The position numbers and the translations under genes are program-made. From the NCBI GenBank assembly GCA_002714485.1, contig PAXM01000019.1:1-35048 (forward strand): a stretch of DNA of 35,048 nt, in the 5' to 3' direction. The notes below the pieces were generated by a model. The model was given only the letters and a program-made list of their open reading frames with translations. It ran no database searches and was not told the DNA's origin. The DNA is from Acidimicrobiaceae bacterium. Lineage in GTDB: Bacteria > Actinomycetota > Acidimicrobiia > Acidimicrobiales > MedAcidi-G1. Positions 19,127-27,891 of the stretch are shown here, piece by piece (within the stretch, counting starts at the first letter, position 1; the number at the start of each line of letters is the position of its first letter).

Positions 19127-19948
19127 TCAGACGGTGATGGTGGTGAAGTCGTCGCCGATGATGACCTCTCCGGAGTAGTGCTCGGCAGCGATAGCTATCC
19201 ACTCCGGGTACTGCTCGGGCGTGGGTGCCGGGACCATGTGAGTGAGAGCGAGTCGCTTGGCCCCCACCCGTTCAGCAGTTTGGGCTGCCTCCACAACGCC
19301 GGAGTGGTAGTCCAGGATGTCTTGCGCCATTTCGCCAGGAAGCAGCTCGATAATGTCGCGACGGAGGACGGTCTGCACGTACACGTCGGCACCTGCGGCA
19401 AGTTCGTCGACCCCGTCACACGGAACGGTGTCTCCGACGAGCGCCGCTGTTCTGCCGTCATGCTCGAGGCGGAAGCCGACTGTCGGCCGTACGGGTGCGT
19501 GTTCGGTCGCCGCCGTGGCGATCTGGACCTCACCGAGTGCGAACGAGTCGCCGGGTACCAATTCGGTGACGTCCACCTTGGGTGGATTGGTGAGCACGTC
19601 GTGATGCTCGATCCGGTAACCGATATCTGGTTCGAGTGCATGTAGTTGTCGATCAACAAACTCGGCCATGCCCACCGGACCATAGATCTGAAGTGTCGCG
19701 TTGCCCTGCGACATCACCCAGTGGGTGGTGATGACGTCGTTGAGCGCGCATATGTGATCACTGTGCAGGTGGGTGACGAGTACCCCGGCGAGCAGCCCCG
19801 GAAGCGATCCGGCACCAGCCATTCGCATCACCACCCCCCTACCGGCATCCACGAGGATCTGGGTCTCGCCGGCCTTCACCAGCGTGGACGGGCCAGCTCG
19901 GTTGGCGTCGGGCAGGGGCGAACCGGTCCCGGTAAGGATGACCTCCAT
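19127..19948 (-). CDS. MBL-fold metallo-hydrolase (RNase Z/ElaC-like architecture)
   Basis: THLHSDH Zn motif plus downstream H and D ligands (EHAP, GDT, LTH). The start overlaps the stop of the upstream gene (TAATG). Confidence 0.85.
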   Translation of the reverse strand: MEVILTGTGSPLPDANRAGPSTLVKAGETQILVDAGRGVVMRMAGAGSLPGLLAGVLVTHLHSDHICALNDVITTHWVMSQGNATLQIYGPVGMAEFVDRQLHALEPDIGYRIEHHDVLTNPPKVDVTELVPGDSFALGEVQIATAATEHAPVRPTVGFRLEHDGRTAALVGDTVPCDGVDELAAGADVYVQTVLRRDIIELLPGEMAQDILDYHSGVVEAAQTAERVGAKRLALTHMVPAPTPEQYPEWIAIAAEHYSGEVIIGDDFTTITV

Positions 19949-20775
19949 TACGGCCCCTCTTCTAGATCGACGGAGGCCTCCAGTCGATTAACGATTGGCC
20001 GGGTCACCAAGGTGTAGGTATCGGCGATAGCTGGTTCTCGGTACTGGCGTTGGGCGGCAAGACGATCCGGGTCCATGACAACGGCCATGAAGGCCCGCCG
20101 GCTCGGAAAGGTATTGAAACGAACCTGATCCCAGCGCCGGCCGTCACCGATGATCGTGCCCTCGACAGCGAACCATCCTGTGACGCGAGCCCCATGCGGG
20201 GCCGCGACCTCTCCAGCATGGCTGGAGTAGGACTCCATGTCTGCCGGCGACTGGGGTCCGGCGTCGTTATGGAAGGACAACACGTGGACCACCATCACCT
20301 CGCCGTCATCGGTGGTCGGCGGGTGGGGCACCTCGCTCCAGTCGGGAAGGTCGAACACGCCCCAATTGGCTCCCAACATCGGCTGGGTCCCCATGACAAT
20401 CGTCTTAGCCATTCCCGCATCCTTATGTTCGTGGAGGCGCTGAAAGTCATCACGTTGTTGCATGTCGATGAAGCTGCGGCGCGTCGGGTACTTGACCACC
20501 GCTACTCGGTCCCACTTCGGGTCAGCCCCGAGGAACTGGTCCTGCACGTCACCTACGAAAACGATTTCGGCACCCACGGCGGCCAACGGACCCGTCGGGG
20601 TGTACATATCGTCGGCCTCGCGTCCGCTGATGGCTGAGTCGCGACCATCTGCGTAGTCGGCTGCCGTTCGGTAGCTCATGAGGTTCACCATCCACAACGG
20701 GCCTTCTTCGTCCGGTGGGGTGGATGCCAGACGCCGGCCATACCTGGTGTCGATCTGCCCGTAGCGAGGACTCAT
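19948..20775 (-). CDS. protein with two tandem DUF1330-like (dimeric alpha/beta-barrel) domains
   Basis: There is an internal duplication. WDRVAVVKYPTRRSFIDMQQRDDFQ...H..AGMAKTIVMGTQP is echoed by WDQVRFNTFPSRRAFMAVVMDPDRL...REPAIADTYTLVTRP. Both copies fit the DUF1330 pattern. Confidence 0.55.
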   Translation of the reverse strand: MSPRYGQIDTRYGRRLASTPPDEEGPLWMVNLMSYRTAADYADGRDSAISGREADDMYTPTGPLAAVGAEIVFVGDVQDQFLGADPKWDRVAVVKYPTRRSFIDMQQRDDFQRLHEHKDAGMAKTIVMGTQPMLGANWGVFDLPDWSEVPHPPTTDDGEVMVVHVLSFHNDAGPQSPADMESYSSHAGEVAAPHGARVTGWFAVEGTIIGDGRRWDQVRFNTFPSRRAFMAVVMDPDRLAAQRQYREPAIADTYTLVTRPIVNRLEASVDLEEGP

Positions 20776-20907
20776 AGGAGTTGCCCCACCCTGAAATGGT
20801 CCTTCATCGTTGCCTTGCTCGAGTCTCGTTCGGTTACGAGGTCGCTACTAACGATCCAACGATTTGCCATGGCGTCCCACCGTCCGGCTCCTGTCCTGGA
20901 ACCACGC

Positions 20908-21843
20908 TCACGTGAGGCGGCCTCCCACGAAGTCGTCGACGAGCTGGGCGAGATCGGGGCCACAGTCCTCTTGTACAAAGTGTCCGCCACCTTCGATAGT
21001 GCGGTGGGGTTGCCCTTGGGCGCCGGGAACAAGGGCCCGGAACGGTTTATCGCCACCTCGGGTGACCGGGTCCTGGTCGCTGAAGCAACACAAGAGCGGC
21101 TTCTCCCAGGCCTTCAAGATCTCCCACGCAACGGCGTTCTCGGCACCCTCAGGTCCGTCCGGTGACGTGACCACAAGTGATGGCCAGATGCGGGCCCCTG
21201 CCTTGTACGAGTCGTCAGGGAATGGTGCGTCGTAAGCGGCGATCTCGGTCGGCGAGAGGTCGCTAACGCATGCCCGGTTGATCAGTTCGCCGATCGGGAA
21301 CACCGGCGAGTCCTGCGAGAACTTCTGCCAGGCCATGAAAGCCTCCCCCGGTGGGGGTGTTCCGGTAGGAAGGCCGGTGTTGGACAAGATGATCCGGGAG
21401 AACCGCTCAGGTTCGGCGGTGACCAATCGCAGTCCGATCAGTCCACCCCAGTCCTGTCCGAAGAATGTGATGTCGTTGAGGTCGAGGTGTTCGAACACCA
21501 GGCTCGACATCCAAGCGACGTGACGGGCGTAGGTGTAGTCAGCCATCTCTGTGGGCTTGTCACTGCGGCCGAAGCCGATCTGGTCGGGTACGACCACCCG
21601 GTGCCCGGCAGCAACCAGTGGTGGAATCATGTGCCGGTACAGGTACCCCCATGACGGTTCGCCGTGCAGGAGCAGCACTGGCGCAGCACCAGTCGGCCCC
21701 TCGTCGAGGTAGTGCACCCGCAACTTCTCGTCGTCGGTCTGATCGCCTTCTACGGGCGTAGCCGGGATCTCGACGTAGTGGGACTCGAACGGAAAATCGG
21801 GTAGGTCGACGAAGCGTTCGTCGGGGGTACGAAGTGCTCTCAT
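20908..21843 (-). CDS. haloalkane dehalogenase (HLD-I, DhlA-like)
   Basis: Similar to Xanthobacter DhlA from N-terminus to C-terminus: RTPDERF..LPDFPF, HYLDEGP, LLLHGEPSWGYLYRHMIP, GFGRSDKP, GQDWGG, AYDAPFPD.SYKAG and GGHFVQE. Confidence 0.85.
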   Translation of the reverse strand: MRALRTPDERFVDLPDFPFESHYVEIPATPVEGDQTDDEKLRVHYLDEGPTGAAPVLLLHGEPSWGYLYRHMIPPLVAAGHRVVVPDQIGFGRSDKPTEMADYTYARHVAWMSSLVFEHLDLNDITFFGQDWGGLIGLRLVTAEPERFSRIILSNTGLPTGTPPPGEAFMAWQKFSQDSPVFPIGELINRACVSDLSPTEIAAYDAPFPDDSYKAGARIWPSLVVTSPDGPEGAENAVAWEILKAWEKPLLCCFSDQDPVTRGGDKPFRALVPGAQGQPHRTIEGGGHFVQEDCGPDLAQLVDDFVGGRLT

Positions 21844-21852
21844 TGGGTCTCC

Positions 21853-22992
21853 TCAGGGATGTTCTAGGAGAGGTAGAGGTTCCATGTTCAGCATCCGCCG
21901 ATAGGTCCCGTGGTAGTGGTGTAGGGCGGGTTCGTTACGGCCGAACACCACGTGGTCGATGGCCCCTGACGAGGCGGTGCGTTGCTGGCTCGCACTCACC
22001 ACGTAGTCCTCATCGCGGATGATCGACCCGAAGCCCCTCGAGATCATCGTCAACATTTCGCGGAACTGTGGGTCCGCAGCTGGGCCGGGTCGCAGGTACC
22101 AGGTAATTCGACTCACGTGACGTCCAGGATCAGTGGAGCTCGGGTAGGCCCGAACCAGGTGAATTCCCTCGGCGAAGGGCATGAGTTGGACATTGGGGAA
22201 CAACCAGTAAACGGGGAGGGCTGCGGTGGTGATCTGCCACTCGTCCTCCGGTAGGTCTCGCAGCCCGTCGATGTCACGCTTGCACAGCAGCATCCGGTGG
22301 TTTCGTCCGTAGGTGTCATAGCACTGGACGTTCCCGTAGAAGTTCAGGTGGATCGTTTCCGAATGGAGTGAAGGAAAGTGATAGGTCTCTCCGAAGGTGT
22401 CCATGGCCAACTTCCAGTTGCAAGCCACGTCGTAGTCGTCCCTGCCGAGATACGCCAGCTCGTCGAGGTTCCACGAGGCCAGCTCGGCCTGAAGTTCAGG
22501 TCCCAGTTGCTCCTCGAGATCAATGGTGCCCTCAGGGTCGGGGTGGACCCACAACAGGCCGGCCTCCTCTAGGGCGGGCAATTCAACCAGGCCGAGGCAG
22601 GCCTTGTCCGGGTCACCGAAGTGGTCCGCATTGGGTATACCAACGAGAGCACCTCCGATGTCGTACGACCATCGGTGGAACGGGCAGGTGAAGCGCCTGG
22701 CCCCACCCCGGTCACGCTCCTCGAGCACCACGCCCCGGTGTCGACAGGCGTTAACGAAGGCCCGTAAGCGACCGTCATCGTCGCGGGTGGCTAAAAGTGG
22801 TGTGGGTAGGTCGTCAGACGTCAGGAAGGCCCCGGGCTCAGGCAGGTCACCGGTTAGACCGACGAGGTGAGGATGGCCAGCGAAGAAGGCTTGGCGCTCA
22901 CGCTCGGCCAGGTCAGGGTCTGCGTAGACACTCGTTGGATTGCGACAGAATCCCCCGGCATCGACATTCAGCCCGTCGTCGAGGCGCGACAT
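21853..22992 (-). CDS. Rieske [2Fe-2S] non-heme iron oxygenase, alpha subunit
   Basis: CRHRG...CPFHRW Rieske motif and DTFGETYHFPSLH mononuclear iron motif. I trimmed the start to the ATG at 22992, with 23100 as an alternative. The 511-aa track ORF would overlap the divergent gene. Confidence 0.85.
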   Translation of the reverse strand: MSRLDDGLNVDAGGFCRNPTSVYADPDLAERERQAFFAGHPHLVGLTGDLPEPGAFLTSDDLPTPLLATRDDDGRLRAFVNACRHRGVVLEERDRGGARRFTCPFHRWSYDIGGALVGIPNADHFGDPDKACLGLVELPALEEAGLLWVHPDPEGTIDLEEQLGPELQAELASWNLDELAYLGRDDYDVACNWKLAMDTFGETYHFPSLHSETIHLNFYGNVQCYDTYGRNHRMLLCKRDIDGLRDLPEDEWQITTAALPVYWLFPNVQLMPFAEGIHLVRAYPSSTDPGRHVSRITWYLRPGPAADPQFREMLTMISRGFGSIIRDEDYVVSASQQRTASSGAIDHVVFGRNEPALHHYHGTYRRMLNMEPLPLLEHP

Positions 22993-23132
22993 TAACAACC
23001 TGATCTGGGAAACCTGTTCGCTTCGATCCACGATTCTCCCGGAAGTCTGCTTGACTGGCCCGCTCCGAGTGTTCTCCCAACCTGGCAACGCTGCCAACAT
23101 GGCCGGCTGCCGACACCGGCTAGGAGGTTGCT

Positions 23133-24053
23133 GTGATTCCTCTAGACGAGACCTACGAAGGAACGTTCCCGTTCGCACCTCAGACGTTCGATGGCTGTGG
23201 CTTCGTCCAGCACTACGTAGACGAAGGGCCACGTGGCGCCGAGCCGATCGTGCTCCTGCACGGTGAACCGACTTGGGGCTACCTGTATCGGCACATGATT
23301 GGTCCACTATCGGAACACCACCGCGTGGTCGTCCCCGACCACATGGGCTTCGGCAAATCTGAGACACCACAGGACCGCGAGTACACACTCCAGACCCACA
23401 CCGAGAACCTGGTCGCGCTGGTGGAGCACCTCGACCTGTCAGACATCACGTTCTTCGGTCAAGACTGGGGCGGTCCAATCGCCACGGCTTTTACGGTACG
23501 CCACCCTCAGCGGGTCAAACGAATGGTGTATGCAAACTCGCTGGCCGGATACGGCCGAATCGGCGATGAAGACGCAACCCCGATGGCCCAATCGCGCTGG
23601 TTCACCTGGATCGGTGGTGGCCTGGAATCAGGCCGGACCGCCGACGTCCTGTTGAACCTGGGGTCGACCGTTCTCTCGGTCATGAAGTTGACGGGTTTCA
23701 CCAACTCGGCAGCCGTGGACGACACGTGGATTCGGGCTTACTCGGATCCCTTCCCGGACCGAGCGTCTGCCATCGGCGGGCTTGAGTTCCCCCTCGACGC
23801 ATACCTGGGCCGCATTGCCGAATACGTCATCGCCGGGGCCGAAGGGGTGCCCGATCTGGTGTCCAAGCCGGCGATACTTCTGGAAGGCTTGGAGGACGGG
23901 GCGATTCCCCCCGACCGGGCCATCGCCGATTTCCGGGCGCTGTGGCCCGACGGTCCGGTGGTCGAACTACCCGGGGTAGGCCACTACTGCCAGGAGGACG
24001 CCCCCGAGGCCCTGGTGGCCCACGTCAGGGACTTCCTCCAGGCCAACCCCTAG
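23133..24053 (+). CDS. haloalkane dehalogenase-like alpha/beta hydrolase (paralogue of 20908..21843)
   Basis: HYVDEGP, LLHGEPTWGYLYRHMI, GFGKSETP, GQDWGG, YSDPFPD and VGHYCQED motifs. GTG start 6 nt after AGGAGG. Confidence 0.8.
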   Translation: MIPLDETYEGTFPFAPQTFDGCGFVQHYVDEGPRGAEPIVLLHGEPTWGYLYRHMIGPLSEHHRVVVPDHMGFGKSETPQDREYTLQTHTENLVALVEHLDLSDITFFGQDWGGPIATAFTVRHPQRVKRMVYANSLAGYGRIGDEDATPMAQSRWFTWIGGGLESGRTADVLLNLGSTVLSVMKLTGFTNSAAVDDTWIRAYSDPFPDRASAIGGLEFPLDAYLGRIAEYVIAGAEGVPDLVSKPAILLEGLEDGAIPPDRAIADFRALWPDGPVVELPGVGHYCQEDAPEALVAHVRDFLQANP

Positions 24054-24065
24054 GGAACCGCCTAA

Positions 24066-25034
24066 TCAGTCAATTCCGCCCAGGTGGCTGTGGGTGTCGG
24101 CTGCCGCCTCGTCGGGCCAGTTGGTGCGCCAGACCTCTGACTGCACATAGCCCATGGGAATCGATCGGGTCTCAAAGCCATCTACTGGCTCGATCATCGG
24201 CTCGGCCACAACCCGGTGGTTGGGCACCGCGAAGAATGGGGCGCTGTACCGCTCGACCCCGTTGGAGATGACCACCCGGTGGGGTGTAGAGACGAGTCGA
24301 CCCCCCGACCAAACCTCCAAGACGTCACCTACGTTCACCAAAAGTGCCCCCTCGGGACAGCTGGCTTCAACCCATCGACCGTTGCGCTTCCGTACCTCGA
24401 GGCCGCCCACTGGATCGGGGTCAAGCACGGTGACCACGGTGATGTCCTTGTGAGGGTGGAACCCCGGCGCCGGGTCGTCGGCTCGCCTGGCCGGGTAGTG
24501 GAGCAGGGTCGTGTTGGTCAGTGGTGCCGCCATGGCTTCGGTTAGAACGGATCGGTCCAACTCCATCTCGTCGGCCAGCACGTCCAGGAGTCGGTCGACA
24601 AGGCCTTCCATGGACGCCCACCAGGACTCCACGATCTGTGGCATTTCCACCGGGCACTCAGGCCACCGGTTCGGTCCGTACAGGTCGCACTCATTCCTGA
24701 CCGGATGTTCCGGCGGGCATTCCCAGTGAAGCTTGTAGCCCTCGAAAGCATCGGCTTTAGCCGCACCTTCCAATGCACCTGAGTCTCGGTTCGGGGTGAA
24801 AAAGTGCAGCGGGATGAAGCCCCGGTAGTTCTCCCGGGTGATGGCCTGCCGGGCCTTGGAGGCCTTGTCCAGCGCGAACAGGTCGACTAGTAGTTGCCTC
24901 ATTGCCGACAGGTCGGCTTCTGGCACCCCGTGCTCACGTAACGCCACAAACCCGACGGTCGAGAGTGCGGCGATCACGCCGGGTCCGTCGACCAAGTCGA
25001 CCACCGGGACGTCAGGGGCCGAAGCTCCCTCCAT
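24066..25034 (-). CDS. Fe(II)/2-oxoglutarate oxygenase, isopenicillin-N-synthase-like family
   Basis: HPHKDITVVTVL (HxD), STPHRV distal His and RYSAPFF (RxS). The ATG at 25034 overlaps the stop of the M24 gene (TAATG). The track's longer ORF is an extension. Confidence 0.85.
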   Translation of the reverse strand: MEGASAPDVPVVDLVDGPGVIAALSTVGFVALREHGVPEADLSAMRQLLVDLFALDKASKARQAITRENYRGFIPLHFFTPNRDSGALEGAAKADAFEGYKLHWECPPEHPVRNECDLYGPNRWPECPVEMPQIVESWWASMEGLVDRLLDVLADEMELDRSVLTEAMAAPLTNTTLLHYPARRADDPAPGFHPHKDITVVTVLDPDPVGGLEVRKRNGRWVEASCPEGALLVNVGDVLEVWSGGRLVSTPHRVVISNGVERYSAPFFAVPNHRVVAEPMIEPVDGFETRSIPMGYVQSEVWRTNWPDEAAADTHSHLGGID

Positions 25035-26215
25035 TAGATGATCGGCAACTCGGGCGGGGCCCGGCGGGACAGCATTTCGGGCCCGTCGGCCCGTAGGACC
25101 AGGTTCTCTTCGTGGACCATCATTCGACCGGGTGCCCACGTGAGACCTGGCTCGAGAGTTAGGACCATCCCCTCCTCCAGGACAGTGGCGTCGTCTGCGG
25201 TATTGGAAGGCCACTCGGTGACCTGCATACCCAGTCCGTGGCCGAGTCGTCCTACCGAGTTCCCGAGCGACCCCCCGGCGTCGAGCACTGCGGCCATGGC
25301 TCGCCACAGATCGCTGGTGGTGGCTCCCGGCTTAGCTGCGGCGAAACCGGCCTCGGTCGCCTCCCACACCGTCCGGTAGGCCCGTTTGGCATCGGCATCG
25401 GCCCGTCCGAAGGCCACATAGCGGTCGAAGTCGCTGGAGTAGCCGTCAAAGACCGATCCGGTGTCGAACATGAGCAGGTCGCCCGGCTCGATCACCCGGT
25501 CCGAGGGCTGCTTGATGATGTCGTCGAAACCCGGGCCGGTGGCCCCCACGAGGTACGGCACGTCATCGGCACCGCGCTCGAGGAGGTCGATGCGGAACGC
25601 CCGAAAGGCCTCTCTCTCGGTCATGCCTACTGACAACAGGTCGCCGATTTCTTCGAAGGCCCCCGAGACCACGTCGCAGATGTGAGCCACTTTTGCGATC
25701 TCACGGTCGGACTTGACCATCCGCAGGCCGCGGACCACATCGGTTGCGTCCACGAAGCTCGCCGGGGCGATCCGTTCCCGTAGGACATCGAGGTCGGTGA
25801 GGGGCATGCGTACGTGGGTTTCGTGGCCCATAGGCAGGCCGATCCTCACCGGTGTCCTGCCACCACCCCCGGTCAGTTCGGTCAGCGTGTCGACCAGGAG
25901 GATGAGACCGTCGTCGGTCGGCCGTGGTGCGGGCCAGGTCCGAATGTCGTTTACCCACGTGGTACCCATGGCTGAGGCGCCGATGCCCGGGATCACGGCC
26001 ACCGGTCGCCCCGCGGCGGGCAGGATCACGAACCATGGACGGGTAGGGCTCTGCCAGAACGGGGTGTGGAACCCCGTCAGGTACCGGACTTCTGGTTCGG
26101 TGCAGACCAGTAGGGCGTCGAGGTCGCGCTCAGCCATCATTGCCTGTGCCCGGGCGGCCCGGGCCACGAACTCCGCATCGGGGAATCCCCGTTCGGGAAG
26201 GGCTTTCTCCGTCAT
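25034..26215 (-). CDS. M24 family metallohydrolase (creatinase / Xaa-Pro peptidase / ectoine-hydrolase-like)
   Basis: Creatinase-type N-terminal domain. Metal ligands lie in FDTGSVFDGYSSDFDR, GHGLG, LEPG and VHEEN. The ATG at 26215 overlaps the upstream stop (ATGA). Confidence 0.85.
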   Translation of the reverse strand: MTEKALPERGFPDAEFVARAARAQAMMAERDLDALLVCTEPEVRYLTGFHTPFWQSPTRPWFVILPAAGRPVAVIPGIGASAMGTTWVNDIRTWPAPRPTDDGLILLVDTLTELTGGGGRTPVRIGLPMGHETHVRMPLTDLDVLRERIAPASFVDATDVVRGLRMVKSDREIAKVAHICDVVSGAFEEIGDLLSVGMTEREAFRAFRIDLLERGADDVPYLVGATGPGFDDIIKQPSDRVIEPGDLLMFDTGSVFDGYSSDFDRYVAFGRADADAKRAYRTVWEATEAGFAAAKPGATTSDLWRAMAAVLDAGGSLGNSVGRLGHGLGMQVTEWPSNTADDATVLEEGMVLTLEPGLTWAPGRMMVHEENLVLRADGPEMLSRRAPPELPII

Positions 26216-27000
26216 CTTTCGAGCCCTAGGGAAAACAGTCTCCCCAGACCCGTTAACTGGTCGTTGATCCCCGCTAGGCGAAGGAGATGCCACCCAAAGG
26301 CCAGGTTGCTGGATACCACCGCTACCCCGAGTTCGGATTCCAAGTCGGCGGCTACTCCGCAGGCCCGAAGGCTGGTGCACGACACGAACACTGCGTCCAA
26401 TGCTTCTGCATCCGGATCGCCGGCGGAGTTACACACCATTTCTCGCACGGCGTCGGCCACCGCAGCTTCGGTTATACGAGCCACGGTGGCGTCGCTCTCC
26501 TCGAGGAAGGAGCCAGCGGCGGCCACGTCAAGCCCGCGGTCCTCTAGCAGACTCACAATGCCAGTTGTCACCTGTGCGTTGTAGGGCGTTATGACGGCAA
26601 TCCGACTCGCCCCCAGTGCCTCCATGGCGGCCAGAACGGCACTGATGGGGTTGGTGTTGGCTACTTCGGGATGGGCCCGATCCAGTGCGGCCGATACCCG
26701 CTCCTCCCCGATCAGGGTGGCCGCCGAGGTACAGCCGTAGCCGATGACATCAAAACCCATGATTTCCGGAAGCAGGCCGGCCGCCTCGGGAATCCGGGTC
26801 TCCATGGCCAGGAGGGACTCGGCGGTCACCCGGTCCCCCATGGGGATCCTGGTGGCGAAAGCGGCCACCCCCTCGGGCCATAGCGTGGCCAACTCCGCCT
26901 CTACGGTCTGATCGTTCTCCAGCACAACCAGGCCGATCCGGGCTCGACTGCCGAAACCGGCATCGGTTTCGAATGGGAGCTCTTTCAGTTCGACGGTCAT
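26212..27000 (-). CDS. Asp/Glu/hydantoin racemase superfamily protein (maleate isomerase / arylmalonate decarboxylase / EutA-like)
   Basis: 262 aa with two pseudo-symmetric Cys motifs, GYGCTSA and VSCTSLRA. The ATG overlaps the upstream stop (ATGA). Confidence 0.8.
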   Translation of the reverse strand: MTVELKELPFETDAGFGSRARIGLVVLENDQTVEAELATLWPEGVAAFATRIPMGDRVTAESLLAMETRIPEAAGLLPEIMGFDVIGYGCTSAATLIGEERVSAALDRAHPEVANTNPISAVLAAMEALGASRIAVITPYNAQVTTGIVSLLEDRGLDVAAAGSFLEESDATVARITEAAVADAVREMVCNSAGDPDAEALDAVFVSCTSLRACGVAADLESELGVAVVSSNLAFGWHLLRLAGINDQLTGLGRLFSLGLER

Positions 27001-27878
27001 TCTGGGGTCACCTGGGCCTGCTGGTCGAAGAACGATGCGGTTGAAGGCATCTCCCCGAGAGACATCTCGTAGGGCGCGGCACGAATCCGGCCTGTTGGTG
27101 CACCGCGCACCACCTCCCCTTCGTTGACGCTGGGTATGTGGTTGGGGTGCAGGATCCGACTGTCTTCGGATCGGTAACTAAATATGGCCAACGTCCGAGG
27201 CGCCTCGGTCAGATTGGGCGCCGAGCCATGGACGAGGCGGGTGTGCATCAGGCACGCCGAACCCGCCGTTCCATAGCAGGCAACCGGCTTACCGAGGTGG
27301 GCAAGGTCCTCGTCAATGACTGTCCCGGTAAATACCCCGTTCTGCCAGTGCTCGAATACTGGTCCTCGGTGGGTGCCAGGGATGACTTCGAGGGGCCCGT
27401 TTTCTGGGGTCACGTCGTCCACGAATAGCAGGACGGCCAACATGTCGTCGTTGCTGTGGGCCTCGTAGGCGAAGTCCTGGTGGAACTTGACCACCGTATT
27501 GCTACCCGGTTGCTTGCAATTGGTCTTTACGTTGTTGACCGCGAGGTTGGGGCCAACCAGCTGGGCCGCCGCGTCCACCAACGGACTGTTTCGCATGATC
27601 CGTAGGTGGACGTCGCACACCTCCTGTGGAGACGCCACGCGCCGTAGCGCCGGCTGTTCCGCGCTGTGGCCGGGTTGCACGTCGAACCGTGCCCGCCCGT
27701 CCATCGTCGTGCCGAACGGGCCAGCATGGTTCCGGCTCTCCTCCACCCAACAGGCGATCGAGGCTTGGAGGTCGACCAAGTCCATGGCTGACACGGCGTC
27801 GTCCATCATCACGTAACCCTCGGACCAAAAGGCTGCGACCTGCTCGTCGGTAAGAGGCAGCCAGGCCGAAGTGCTCAT
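26997..27878 (-). CDS. phytanoyl-CoA dioxygenase (PhyH) family Fe(II)/2OG oxygenase
   Basis: FHQDFAY (HxD), GPLEVIPGTH and LMHTRLVHGSAPN. I trimmed the start to the ATG at 27878, because the track ORF extends through the upstream gene. Confidence 0.85.
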   Translation of the reverse strand: MSTSAWLPLTDEQVAAFWSEGYVMMDDAVSAMDLVDLQASIACWVEESRNHAGPFGTTMDGRARFDVQPGHSAEQPALRRVASPQEVCDVHLRIMRNSPLVDAAAQLVGPNLAVNNVKTNCKQPGSNTVVKFHQDFAYEAHSNDDMLAVLLFVDDVTPENGPLEVIPGTHRGPVFEHWQNGVFTGTVIDEDLAHLGKPVACYGTAGSACLMHTRLVHGSAPNLTEAPRTLAIFSYRSEDSRILHPNHIPSVNEGEVVRGAPTGRIRAAPYEMSLGEMPSTASFFDQQAQVTPE

Positions 27879-27891
27879 AACGGGGATCCTG

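Noticed and set aside
23083-23096. Palindrome TGGCA-acgc-TGCCA and a TTGACT hexamer (23051..23056) in the Rieske / HLD divergent region, as operator and -35 candidates.
   Set aside because: The arms are only 5 bp and no matching -10 sits at a sensible spacing. Chance occurrence is likely, so this is too weak to annotate.
22993-23388. N-terminal extensions of track ORFs: 21853..23388, 24066..25307, 25034..26380, 26997..28367, 3838..4803, 2744.., 7811.. and 8622...
   Set aside because: The extensions run through neighbouring, well-supported genes or divergent promoter regions and are Arg/Pro/Ser-rich. Internal ATGs that abut or overlap the upstream stop give proteins of normal family length.
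24066-27000. Calling the racemase-like / M24 pair an ectoine (eut/doe) utilisation operon.
   Set aside because: Only EutA-like and EutD/DoeA-like families are present. EutB, EutC, DoeB, DoeC, DoeD, the regulator and the transporter are absent. The PhyH protein does not show the EctD signature I remember (WHSDFETWH). I kept this as an analogy only.
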